A DNA stretch of 64,000 bases from a virus, in the IMG/VR virus record IMGVR_UViG_3300029267_001213, positions 1 to 64,000 of that record. One strand, written 5' to 3'. Positions 29,483 through 39,383 of the stretch are shown piece after piece. Below the pieces are notes generated by a model. The model saw only the letters and a program-made list of their open reading frames with translations. It did not search any database and was not told the origin of the DNA. The position numbers and the translations under genes are program-made. Within the stretch, counting starts at the first letter, position 1, and each line of letters opens with the position of its first letter.

Positions 29483-30082
29483 TTGAACATAGTTGGTTCA
29501 CATGATCACGGCGTAGATGATGAAGCTTTAGATAGGGACAGGGATCCTTTTATCTATGACGGTACGGTTGTAGAAAATAATGATCCTGAAAAACGGTACA
29601 GAGTCAAAGTCAAAGTGCCGGGTTTATTCGAGCCGACATCAGACTGGTTGACTCCTTATGGAGGACCGTGGAGCAGCGGTGGTGGGTGTGCGATTATCGG
29701 AGCACCACCTAAAGGCGCGGTAGTGGGTGTGTTCTTTAGAGGCGGCTATAAAAATAAGCCAGCATACATAGGTGGACCTTTTACTCCGGGAGACATTGCG
29801 GAAATACCTAATGATCCGGAAGCGGTTGGTCATCCGGACGTTAGATTTATTTGCACTCCATCATTTATAATGATGTTCGATGAACGAGAAGGACAGGTAG
29901 GTTGGAGAGTTATTGATAGAAAGTCTGGACAGGTCATAAATATAGATTCAACAAATAACTCTATGGAAATGAGAGCTACAACAGCATTAAAAGCATCGGC
30001 ATCAGGGATAGTTGATATTAGTGGGGCGCAGACCAATATACAGGGAAGGCCGGTAAAGGCGAAGGAGAAGCCAATCGAATGA
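29483..30082 (+). CDS. Baseplate spike (gpV / Gp5 OB-fold)
   Basis: GTVVENNDPEKRYRVKVKVP, PPKGAVVGVFF, PAYIGG. Confidence 0.82.
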   Translation: MNIVGSHDHGVDDEALDRDRDPFIYDGTVVENNDPEKRYRVKVKVPGLFEPTSDWLTPYGGPWSSGGGCAIIGAPPKGAVVGVFFRGGYKNKPAYIGGPFTPGDIAEIPNDPEAVGHPDVRFICTPSFIMMFDEREGQVGWRVIDRKSGQVINIDSTNNSMEMRATTALKASASGIVDISGAQTNIQGRPVKAKEKPIE

Positions 30083-30813
30083 GTGGAACGGCAGACGGCG
30101 GAGCATATTATCCTTTCGAGGTTCCGGAAGAAATCTGCGAGCTGTTCGATATTGAGATTAATTTCGAGCTGCCTATTCTCGGCGTTCCTTATATAGATTT
30201 CGTTGAAGAATTAATCCGGCTGCTCAAGACGGCCCTCGGTCCTTTAATTCCTTTTTTCCGGGTACTGGATGTCATTGTTCAAATATATAAGTGCGCTCAA
30301 GCAGTGCCGGATGCAATAGTGGAGTTGGATCCTACAGATTTATTTACATGCCTTGGTGAGCTGGGCAGAAAAATTGCTCAGTTACTCGAGATGGCCCCAT
30401 GGCTGGCAGTACCAATTCTGATAGTAAAAATCATAGACTTATTAATTGCATTTTTACAAAAAATAAAGCGGAGACTTGAGTATCAGCTATGGTTATTAAG
30501 GCAGATATTTGTTGCGATAGATCAAGCTGCAAACATTAATGATGGTCGACTTCAAGGACTTCTTACATGTGCACATGGAAACATGCAGGGAGAGCTGGAT
30601 GAGTTGACAGAAATACTGAGAGGCATTGGCCAGCTTATCGGGGTTATAAATATTTTGATGGATCTGGCTGGCGTTCCTGAAGAGGCGCAGATACCTGAGC
30701 TTACAGCGATATTTGATGCCGGTTCAGAAAGTACTATTCAGGAAGGATTGGATGCAATGGACGATTTTATTGAAATTTTACGAACGGCAAGATCCTTGGT
30801 ACCATTGCCATAA
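30079..30813 (+). CDS. Hypothetical helical baseplate-region protein
   Basis: Leu/Ile-rich ORF translationally coupled to the spike gene. Confidence 0.6.
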   Translation: MSGTADGGAYYPFEVPEEICELFDIEINFELPILGVPYIDFVEELIRLLKTALGPLIPFFRVLDVIVQIYKCAQAVPDAIVELDPTDLFTCLGELGRKIAQLLEMAPWLAVPILIVKIIDLLIAFLQKIKRRLEYQLWLLRQIFVAIDQAANINDGRLQGLLTCAHGNMQGELDELTEILRGIGQLIGVINILMDLAGVPEEAQIPELTAIFDAGSESTIQEGLDAMDDFIEILRTARSLVPLP

Positions 30814-30821
30814 GGTGAGAC

Positions 30822-31259
30822 ATGGAAGGATTTACAGGTAAGGATGAGTTAACTACGGGCCGCGGCCTGTTGTTACCTTTAAGGTGGGAGGCGAATGACT
30901 TCGCAAATGGCAGTGGAGAGCCGTTGGTGCATAGCTGTTTATTAATTGCAGTGGGCACCATAGGAGATTCTCCATTTACGGACGGCGAAATACCTTGGGA
31001 TACTGAGGTTGGAACTATTGTCATGGCGATGAAGCACAGAAATATGACAATCGGAAGGGCGGACAGGGCCGAGGAAGAAATATCCAGAGGGGTCCATACT
31101 ACTTATCCGGTAGTTATAATCCGTGAAGTAGACGTTAAAATAAATCAGGGTGAAAGAAAGACGGCATTCCGAGTCAGTGCGCGGTATGATATGCGAAGTA
31201 AATTTGTTGAGGCGGATCAGGTCATTCATTCTGGTTTGGAATTTAATACGGAGCTGTAA
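30822..31259 (+). CDS. Baseplate wedge gp25/W-like protein
   Basis: GRGLLLP and GEIPWDTEVG motifs; position. Confidence 0.65.
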   Translation: MEGFTGKDELTTGRGLLLPLRWEANDFANGSGEPLVHSCLLIAVGTIGDSPFTDGEIPWDTEVGTIVMAMKHRNMTIGRADRAEEEISRGVHTTYPVVIIREVDVKINQGERKTAFRVSARYDMRSKFVEADQVIHSGLEFNTEL

Positions 31260-31260
31260 T

Positions 31261-32865
31261 ATGACAGATATAATTTCTCAACAATTTGGCAGCAATCAGG
31301 ATTACACGTCAAACGACTTCGAGACTTTACTGGCCAGATTGCAATCATTGACCGGTTCGGTATTCCCCGGCTGGACAGAGGCTACAAGGGTTGGTTTTGC
31401 TAATGTCCTAAGAGCGCAGAATGCATTTGTCGGTGATGTCCTTTGTTATTTGATGAACAATAAAAAGAAGGAGTGTCACTGGGGAACGCTTTCACAAAGA
31501 CACAGCGCAATTAATATGGGTAAGTTAATCAGCTATCGACTTGGAGGGGCTACTCCAGCACAGACGGAAGTTGTTTTCAGAGCAGAGAGAACCATACTTC
31601 CCGGCAAGGTGGCGGGATCCGTTTACATTCCCGAAGGAGTTATTTGCAGGACTTCAGGAACGAATATTATCAGACAGCGTTCATTGTCTGCAGTGACAAT
31701 AGCTGCAGGATCAGCAGAGAGTTCTATTGTTATGGTTGAAAATAGCACTGAAGAAACAGAATCTTTTCCAGCGAACGGTAAAAAATTTCAGGAACTTGTA
31801 TTGGGATATACTCCATTTGTGGAGGGTGAGTACGACATATATGGAGATAGCTCGCATCTGGCAAAGATAGACATGAGTGATTCGATTGGTCCGTTCGAGA
31901 CAGTGGATTCGTTTCTGGATAGCAGGGCCAGCGATGCACATGCCGTGGTTTTGGTGGATGAAAATAATAAGGCTACTGTCAGAATAGGCGACGGACAAAA
32001 CGGACGACTGGCAAATGGAACAATAACAGTAGCGTATAAATATGGCGGTGGTGAAGCTGGTCGTGTGGAAGCGGAACAATTGACCGTAGTTGAAAACGGG
32101 CCAACGGTTGACAGCAATGGCAATCCTGTTGTGGTCACTTGTTTTAATGAGAACGCCAGTATTGAAGGTACGGGAACTGACAGAGAGACGGTAGCGTATG
32201 CAAAGCAGACAGCTCCAGCATCATCAAGAGTAGGGCAATATACTATTGCAAAAGAAGATTATGTTTTTAATGCCAAGCGTGTAGCAGGAGTGGCCAGAGC
32301 GTTATGCCTGACAAATAACGAAGAAGCGGCAATTCCAAATGGGCGGGTCAGAGTTTATATTGTACCAGAGGGCGGTGGTCAGCCTGCTTCAGCATTAATC
32401 AGCAATGTGGAAACCATGTTGCAGGTTACGCGACGGCATACGGTTACGGCAATCCCGGAAGTAATGTCGGTGACTCCATATCTTAATATAGATGTTTATG
32501 CGGTCGTTTATCTGCGGCCTATTCCGGCTGGATATACGAGGTCTGAATATTTGGCAGTGGTCAGAGATCAAATCGAAACGGCACTGGAAGATTTCTTTAT
32601 TCCTTCACTTAGTGATGGAACGGAAAATCCTAATGTAGATTTCGGTGCTAATTATAAAGATATCAATGATAATATTATTGGTGAAATAGCATGGAGTGAT
32701 ATTCTAAATGAAGTCAGGGATGCAGGATACGTAAGGAAGGTTGGTTCTGGTGCGGATGAATTTTTGCTTAATGGAGAAAGAGATGATGTGTTTTTATTTC
32801 CGTATCAGTTCCCGGCGTTCGGTGAGATAACACTGATAGACGGAGACAGCGGTGAGGAATTTTAG
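31261..32865 (+). CDS. Baseplate J / gp47-like wedge protein
   Basis: DYTSNDF, GDGQNG, GGGEAG, GTDRET, EDY...VAGVARA; ATG at 31261. Confidence 0.85.
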   Translation: MTDIISQQFGSNQDYTSNDFETLLARLQSLTGSVFPGWTEATRVGFANVLRAQNAFVGDVLCYLMNNKKKECHWGTLSQRHSAINMGKLISYRLGGATPAQTEVVFRAERTILPGKVAGSVYIPEGVICRTSGTNIIRQRSLSAVTIAAGSAESSIVMVENSTEETESFPANGKKFQELVLGYTPFVEGEYDIYGDSSHLAKIDMSDSIGPFETVDSFLDSRASDAHAVVLVDENNKATVRIGDGQNGRLANGTITVAYKYGGGEAGRVEAEQLTVVENGPTVDSNGNPVVVTCFNENASIEGTGTDRETVAYAKQTAPASSRVGQYTIAKEDYVFNAKRVAGVARALCLTNNEEAAIPNGRVRVYIVPEGGGQPASALISNVETMLQVTRRHTVTAIPEVMSVTPYLNIDVYAVVYLRPIPAGYTRSEYLAVVRDQIETALEDFFIPSLSDGTENPNVDFGANYKDINDNIIGEIAWSDILNEVRDAGYVRKVGSGADEFLLNGERDDVFLFPYQFPAFGEITLIDGDSGEEF

Positions 32866-35800
32866 ATGACACTGCCAGTAAGAAAATATTGGTGGCGACC
32901 AAGTGTGCTGGCTCCCTATGCAGGACAGGGCCTTAATATCTCCGGCAACAATTATGAGGACTTCGAAAAGTTCATGGGATGGTTGCTGGTAAGAAAGATA
33001 TTTGTTTCCGGAGTACCAAGAGAATATGAGCGCGAGCTTTCTATAGACGCCAATGGTGCGCGGATTATTTTGCCTGTCAATACAGACTGGGCAGAAACGA
33101 ATCTGGATGATGATAATGCGTTGATGGGTGATAGCAGATATTGGGTATGTGTTTATCCATATTCCTTGAGAGGTTTTATTAATCCTAGAATGGACCCGGA
33201 TATACTGGGCTTTGCAGAAATACACTGGCGGGTTCCCAATGTAAGAAAATATAATAATAATTATGGAATGCATACTGGCCTTGGAATAACACTGGGGAAA
33301 AGCCATGCGGCAGTAGCACATACAAAAAAGCAAAGTCTTATTGTTCCACCTGAAAGTGGTGGTGGCTGGAAAATAAAATCTGATTACGCTGGTTCATCAT
33401 GGAACAATCCGGCATTGGAATCGGATGTTGTGCTAGACGAAATAGCAGAAGGAAAATTCCGAGCAGACCATGTGAAGAGAGATGACTCTACCGGATTGAT
33501 GACCTTGAAGTTTTGGAATCCTATTACAAGAGAATATCAATTAATGTTTTCGGATAATTCCGTTTCTTGGGATATGTATGCAGATTTTGTTCCGTTTATG
33601 ATCGGCGTTCCTAATTCAGAAAGCGGTGATGATCTTGAGCATACTCTGGTTCAGTTTCAGGGCTATCCTTATGATCCTTTTATAGCACAGGTAATGCCGG
33701 TTGCAGATTACTTGTCTAATCTGGATATTATTTTTGATGGCAAAAATGCTGCAGCTTCTGGACATGGCGGTTATGAGCTCAGGGAAGATCTTGGCTGGGC
33801 AATAAGATGTACAGCGTATACGAGAGGTGGCGCATCAAGTGGGTTGGCTCATATTATTACAGACTCTATGGCACAGGGATATGATCATCCGTGGATGCCA
33901 AGCGGAGCATTTACTATTTTATTTGATATAAATATTGATGATTGGGATCCGGGCGAGCGGAGATATATTGCTTATTGTACAGGCTCAAATACATATCCGG
34001 TTTATTGGACACTGAGTGCGGATGATGATCTCCGGGCTGAAATAACTACTGGTTCAGGTTCTATAATAATGGATTTTACAGCGGCTCTCTTTTGGAACGG
34101 AGAGCCGCATCAGGTCGGAATAAGTTTCGATGGAGTGAGCAGATGGCGATTGTTATTTGACGGACAGTATGTTTCAGAAAAAATTGATTCTACAGCAGTC
34201 ATGCAGAATGAGACTTTGCTTCTTGGTGCATGGTTTGGAAATCGTGGTGTTGAAGCATGGCGTGGTGATGTTCAGATATGGGAACAGGAGCTTAATAATG
34301 ATCAGCTGGTCGAGGCTTATAGCGAATTACTGAAATATAGAATTAAAAATTATTCTTTCGAAATAGCGAAAGATGGCGCTGCAATTGCTGGCGAGGCTGA
34401 AGACTGGGATTGTACTCCTTCGGAGCTTTATGCGTTTGCAGAATTCGAACATCATGATCAATTTAATTCTGAGCGCGAAGATTATGAGACGGACTGGAAC
34501 AATAATGATGGACATATAGACCAGTGGGATAATGATGCAAGTGCACCGGCATTATTTTCTTTAGGCAAAGAGAAAATTGCCGCAGAGACTTTTGAACGTC
34601 CGGGATGGGAAGTGCTCGGTTCGGACTATCAGAAAAACGGCTGGCCGTGGCAATGGCCGAGCAACAGTAAGCAAGCTGTATTTTCAGGTGTGGCGTTTTA
34701 TGGCATTGCGGATATTACGGTCGAATCGTTTGAGTTCGGATGGGATTCAAATGAAAATTATATTTACAGTCCACAGGACATATGGGTACTTGAGCCACAG
34801 CTTCCATTGATAATTAATAAATGGAAAAACAGCAGGGTGGCTTTTGCAATTTATAATTTCGGACTGGCCGAATGGCGTGGAGCTGACATTGAAATAGCAG
34901 AGGGTACTTATAATACGGCAACGGATTTGGCTTCTGCATTGCAAAGCGCATTCGATGCAATCGGTCTGGCTTCTGAGTTTGGACTTACTTTCGGAACGCA
35001 TCCGGACAGCCCGGCTACGAAATATACGATTAAGACAGATAACGTGGTAAGCATAGCCGCTGTAGGCGTAGGTCCTGATATTAGCTCCGGCGAACAGCCG
35101 GATGGTCGTGCGGACTTAGGAATGCCAGCCAGAGAGACTTCAATAATTCTAGGTGATGAAAATGTAGAAGGCTATCGGGTTAATCAGCTGGATGTAATTA
35201 TGAATGGTGATCTGGCCGGATTTAACTGGCTGGGAGGCAATGGTGGTTTTTCGAATCGAGCACAATTTGACGGACAGAGTGCTGAAAAATTCGAAACCGG
35301 ATGGAACAATGACGAGTACACAGACAAGATGGTGGGTAATATTATTTATGCTTTGAATCCCTATGATCAGATAGGCATTACGGGAGATTATACATCAAGA
35401 TATAATATTCCTGGACTTGAGTGCGTGATAGCAGACGGTCAGGAAAATGATGGAAATTATACAGTAATATCAGCCGTGTTTTTAGGTGGTATAACTATAG
35501 TTACATTTAATGAACGTATAGAGGTGGTTATTTCTGGATGGGGTTCGGTTTATCCTAATTACAAGAGGGCAGAATTCAATGCAACAGAAGCTTATTTAAT
35601 AGGTAATTCATGGCCGATCCCGGATGAGTTTGAAATATTCGGAAGAGACTTAACGGCATTATTTGATACGGATTACGAGTTTTCTGTTACAGGTCATCCT
35701 AATGCTGGCAAGTATACAGTAAAAGCACCCGGAGCATATATGAGTGGATCGAATATGAGAATTCCGGTTAATGAAAATTTTAATCACATGGCAGCTCAAG

Positions 35801-35880
35801 GTCATGTTTCGGCTCCGAGAAGAGTAGAAAATTTCGAAGATCCTTATGGACACTTATGGCCAACAGAGGTTATTGATTAG
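32866..35880 (+). CDS. Large baseplate / receptor-binding protein with a LamG-like domain
   Basis: PHQVGISFDG...LLFDG...DVQIW ConA-like pattern; ExFExGW repeats. Confidence 0.5.
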   Translation: MTLPVRKYWWRPSVLAPYAGQGLNISGNNYEDFEKFMGWLLVRKIFVSGVPREYERELSIDANGARIILPVNTDWAETNLDDDNALMGDSRYWVCVYPYSLRGFINPRMDPDILGFAEIHWRVPNVRKYNNNYGMHTGLGITLGKSHAAVAHTKKQSLIVPPESGGGWKIKSDYAGSSWNNPALESDVVLDEIAEGKFRADHVKRDDSTGLMTLKFWNPITREYQLMFSDNSVSWDMYADFVPFMIGVPNSESGDDLEHTLVQFQGYPYDPFIAQVMPVADYLSNLDIIFDGKNAAASGHGGYELREDLGWAIRCTAYTRGGASSGLAHIITDSMAQGYDHPWMPSGAFTILFDINIDDWDPGERRYIAYCTGSNTYPVYWTLSADDDLRAEITTGSGSIIMDFTAALFWNGEPHQVGISFDGVSRWRLLFDGQYVSEKIDSTAVMQNETLLLGAWFGNRGVEAWRGDVQIWEQELNNDQLVEAYSELLKYRIKNYSFEIAKDGAAIAGEAEDWDCTPSELYAFAEFEHHDQFNSEREDYETDWNNNDGHIDQWDNDASAPALFSLGKEKIAAETFERPGWEVLGSDYQKNGWPWQWPSNSKQAVFSGVAFYGIADITVESFEFGWDSNENYIYSPQDIWVLEPQLPLIINKWKNSRVAFAIYNFGLAEWRGADIEIAEGTYNTATDLASALQSAFDAIGLASEFGLTFGTHPDSPATKYTIKTDNVVSIAAVGVGPDISSGEQPDGRADLGMPARETSIILGDENVEGYRVNQLDVIMNGDLAGFNWLGGNGGFSNRAQFDGQSAEKFETGWNNDEYTDKMVGNIIYALNPYDQIGITGDYTSRYNIPGLECVIADGQENDGNYTVISAVFLGGITIVTFNERIEVVISGWGSVYPNYKRAEFNATEAYLIGNSWPIPDEFEIFGRDLTALFDTDYEFSVTGHPNAGKYTVKAPGAYMSGSNMRIPVNENFNHMAAQGHVSAPRRVENFEDPYGHLWPTEVID

Positions 35881-35891
35881 GAGGTAATGTC

Positions 35892-36614
35892 ATGGCGCAA
35901 GGTGAATGGGCAGACTGGGGCGAGAGCGTAGCTCAAGCAAATGTAAAGAGAGGAGTTAGCGCGGGTTATCCAAAGCCATCCGGCGGTGGATCCTTTTGTT
36001 ATGCTTTTTCCTCAAAAGTCAGCGAGGCTGGTCAGGCGGTTGCAAAGTATGTGGACCTGTCGAACTTTAATCCTATTGCATCAGGCAAAGGATGCAGTGT
36101 CAGAGGAACTTTGCGAAGACATTCAAGTGCCGGTCATTCTGTATTTCTTATAGCATTGGGCCAGAGCGTGGCGGATATATACAGCGATGAAGCGTACCTG
36201 TTAGGCGTATGGGATGCGGAACCGGGCAAGATAGCTTTGCGAAAAGGAATCATAGCTGAAGGAATTCCTGAAGATGATGATCAGATATTAGCTTCAAGCA
36301 ATTTACTTTACGAAGGTGGACAATATTTGCATTTGAGATTGGACGTTATCGTGAACGGCAACGGCGATGTGGTATTAAACGTTTTGCAGAATGATTTGTC
36401 AGCGCACAACGTGGATGCTCCAGTGTGGGAGAACATTGAAGGCATGGGCGATCCTCTTAATGATGATCCGACATTCGTGGACGATGTGCTGGGTATCAAT
36501 AGCGGCAGTGTTCCATTTATCGGCGGTGGTTATGTCGGATATGGATATACTTCATCGCAGATAGGCAGAAATGCATTTGTAGATCATCTGGAGATGCTAC
36601 GGCAAACGGCATAA
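35892..36614 (+). CDS. Hypothetical structural protein
   Basis: Beta-rich ORF with AGGAGGT RBS. Confidence 0.6.
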   Translation: MAQGEWADWGESVAQANVKRGVSAGYPKPSGGGSFCYAFSSKVSEAGQAVAKYVDLSNFNPIASGKGCSVRGTLRRHSSAGHSVFLIALGQSVADIYSDEAYLLGVWDAEPGKIALRKGIIAEGIPEDDDQILASSNLLYEGGQYLHLRLDVIVNGNGDVVLNVLQNDLSAHNVDAPVWENIEGMGDPLNDDPTFVDDVLGINSGSVPFIGGGYVGYGYTSSQIGRNAFVDHLEMLRQTA

Positions 36615-36615
36615 G

Positions 36616-37872
36616 ATGGCGAATATTCTAGCACCATTAAGGAAGGCAAGCGGCTACTTATCTGGCCGAATTGAGCATCAATTTGCAGAGGACGGCTCTC
36701 ATGTTTTCGTATTGGGTGCATTGGATGACGTTATCGAGCTGGTAGCTTTGAATGAGAGAGTAGTTTTATATCAAAGTGGTATTGATTTGAAAGAGATAGA
36801 TTTTCTTACTGGCAGATTTTCATGTCAAGGTCCAAGTCAGTCCTTGCAGGAACATGGCGAAAGGATGTTACCTGCAGATGCTCCGGCTGGAGAATTACTT
36901 ACGATGTGGCAGATGGATCAGTGGGTTCCAGCTGGTGGAACTGTTTATTCAACGCCGGGCATAGCAGGAGTGGGTTCTAACGCTATTTTGCATTTTAACC
37001 CTACAGGCAAGGCTAAGGTTTGGAATCCGTCACCGGAAAATATTAATTGGCTTGGCAAAGCACCTGAATTCGAAATTAATTATAGTACTGTTCATGATGT
37101 AGCATACATTCCAAGTGGTACGGCTATTTATTCTATAGCCAATTCAATTGAAGAAAGACAGTTTGACTTCTGGCTATCAGTCGATTCTATGGATCCCAGT
37201 TATCAAAATACTGAGTACAGACAATTGTGGGCACAGGGTCCGCAGTTTCCGGGCATGAATCCTCGGCCGGGGATATCAATAGCATTCGAGCCGGTTACAA
37301 TGGGCGGTGGACTTGTTGTGGACATATCTCCGGACGGTGTGAATCCGGGTGAAAAATACGGACCCATACTTCCCGGCGATGGATGGTCTGTAGGGGGAGG
37401 GCCTTTTCTGTTTACCGTACAGCTTGGACAGCGGGCAGTGAGCAATACAACAAAGCTTTTTATAAACGGCGTAAAAAAATGGGAAGGAACCAGAACTATT
37501 AATCAAGGCGGAGTGCATAGTGTATTGGTTGGTGGTGCAGTGGATGCTGGTTTTACATTCCCATTTGCAGCATGTGGTCTTGGAACGAATATATATGAGA
37601 TTCGTATTCTTAATAAGCTGAGAAGCGAAGCGTCCGTAAAATGGACAGCGGATGGAATGTCCAGAAAATACGGATGGTGTTTTGAAATAATGATAAACAA
37701 CAGACCGAGAGCCAGACGATGGATAAGACCCGGCAATGCTCAGACTCTTGAGGACGTTAAGGCATGGGTGCATGACTTTTCGACCAGCGAGGATGTAAGC
37801 TTTCAATTAAGACTGGGACACTATCCGGAAGATCCGGCTTTCGTTTATAACTCTACTTTATACGCGGTGTAA
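36616..37872 (+). CDS. Structural protein, LamG/ConA-like
   Basis: FDFW, KLFINGV, IYEIRI. Confidence 0.5.
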   Translation: MANILAPLRKASGYLSGRIEHQFAEDGSHVFVLGALDDVIELVALNERVVLYQSGIDLKEIDFLTGRFSCQGPSQSLQEHGERMLPADAPAGELLTMWQMDQWVPAGGTVYSTPGIAGVGSNAILHFNPTGKAKVWNPSPENINWLGKAPEFEINYSTVHDVAYIPSGTAIYSIANSIEERQFDFWLSVDSMDPSYQNTEYRQLWAQGPQFPGMNPRPGISIAFEPVTMGGGLVVDISPDGVNPGEKYGPILPGDGWSVGGGPFLFTVQLGQRAVSNTTKLFINGVKKWEGTRTINQGGVHSVLVGGAVDAGFTFPFAACGLGTNIYEIRILNKLRSEASVKWTADGMSRKYGWCFEIMINNRPRARRWIRPGNAQTLEDVKAWVHDFSTSEDVSFQLRLGHYPEDPAFVYNSTLYAV

Positions 37873-37875
37873 AAA

Positions 37876-39372
37876 ATGTTTGTCTGGTGGCTGGTAATAA
37901 ATTATTTAACTGCGGCGACTGTAAGGTTTCCGGCAATATTGCTGGATGTTATTTTTCCGATTCGTTTGGACGAAGACAAAGATCATGTTCTGGCGATTAA
38001 TAGAAGTCCTGAACCAGACGAGACAGACATTCCTAGAGAGGGACCTGTAAGATTACAGATAGCATCTCTTGGCAAGGCGGATGTAGATATTGAAAATACG
38101 CTTGTTTATATAAACAGCGTTCTGGCATTTGATGGCAGCTCATTTTCTGTAGACAGAAATTTGTGTTTTCAATCGGGATGGAACAGGGACGGTTGGTCGT
38201 GGGTCGGTGCGGCTGATGAGATAGGTATTCAGTCATCAGACCCGGACATGCTTTATGAAATAGCAATTTATCCGGATGAAGACTTTGAGTCTGAAGAAGA
38301 AATTTCTGTCCGGGTTGTTTCGCAGACAGTTCATTCATCGGCAACAATGGATGAGACTTATTCATTCACTATCGAAGATTATTCAGCTCCAGAAATTCTT
38401 TTATTAACACCGGTGGACGAATTTACACTGGATGTAGAATTCAATGAGCCGGTCAGGATGGAGGGAGACGGCGATTTATCAGACGCGCTTACGCTGGGCA
38501 ATTACAGCATAGAGCGACAGAATGAAGATCCTTTTCCGGCTGTACATCTGGAAGTGGTTGCGGTCGAAGCCGTGGATGATTCCACTGTCCGGCTGACGTT
38601 TCAGTGGGAATCTACTCCGGTGCAGATTTATGAGCTTACAGTCGAAAATGTTGAGGACATAAAAGGTAATGCAATTGATCCGGATAATAATACGGCAACA
38701 TGGTCCGGATATGAATGGCCAGTTCCAGAGGGACGCGAGTTCAGCATTTACTATAACATGCTTCCGGGCATTGCCAGACAGCTTGATGAGAACTTGGACC
38801 TGCGAAGGTTAACGGCATGCTTCGAAGAAATTCTTTATTTGCTTTTATGGTGGATAGATAAATTCACATGGCAGGTTGACATTGATCGGGCTACGGAATC
38901 TCAGTTGGATGAGTTACTTCTGGATATGGGCAATCCGTTTAACTTCGAGATGGATGTCAATCAGAAGCGAAAATTGCTTCGAGTGCTTTGGGAGATATAT
39001 CAATCCAAAGGAATCGACCGAGCAATGGAGAATGTAATTTATTTATTTTTAGGACTGGAGGTCAGGGTCCGGGCGTTTGTAGATTTTCTGGACGAAGAAG
39101 GACAGAACTATATGTGGCGGCTAGGTCATTCAAGACTAGGAACGGATACGGCCCTGTGGCCTACGAGCGAATGGAGTCAGCTGGCATTTAATGTTTACAG
39201 CGATGTAATTCTTACAGATGACCAGCGCGGCAAGATTGAACAGATAATAGAAATCATGCGTCCGGCGGAAAGTCATTTTGCCTTTCTTATAGAACCGGAT
39301 ACAATACCAGAAACAGATCACTGGCAGCTTGGTCGCAGCCGTCTTGGTGTTGAGACTTTCCTGCATGAGTGA
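37876..39372 (+). CDS. Baseplate wedge / P2 tail protein I-like with Ig-like domains
   Basis: VEFNEPV, LDELLLDMG, YQSKG, MRPAESHF, LGRSRLG. Confidence 0.7.
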   Translation: MFVWWLVINYLTAATVRFPAILLDVIFPIRLDEDKDHVLAINRSPEPDETDIPREGPVRLQIASLGKADVDIENTLVYINSVLAFDGSSFSVDRNLCFQSGWNRDGWSWVGAADEIGIQSSDPDMLYEIAIYPDEDFESEEEISVRVVSQTVHSSATMDETYSFTIEDYSAPEILLLTPVDEFTLDVEFNEPVRMEGDGDLSDALTLGNYSIERQNEDPFPAVHLEVVAVEAVDDSTVRLTFQWESTPVQIYELTVENVEDIKGNAIDPDNNTATWSGYEWPVPEGREFSIYYNMLPGIARQLDENLDLRRLTACFEEILYLLLWWIDKFTWQVDIDRATESQLDELLLDMGNPFNFEMDVNQKRKLLRVLWEIYQSKGIDRAMENVIYLFLGLEVRVRAFVDFLDEEGQNYMWRLGHSRLGTDTALWPTSEWSQLAFNVYSDVILTDDQRGKIEQIIEIMRPAESHFAFLIEPDTIPETDHWQLGRSRLGVETFLHE

Positions 39373-39383
39373 GGAGGACAGAG

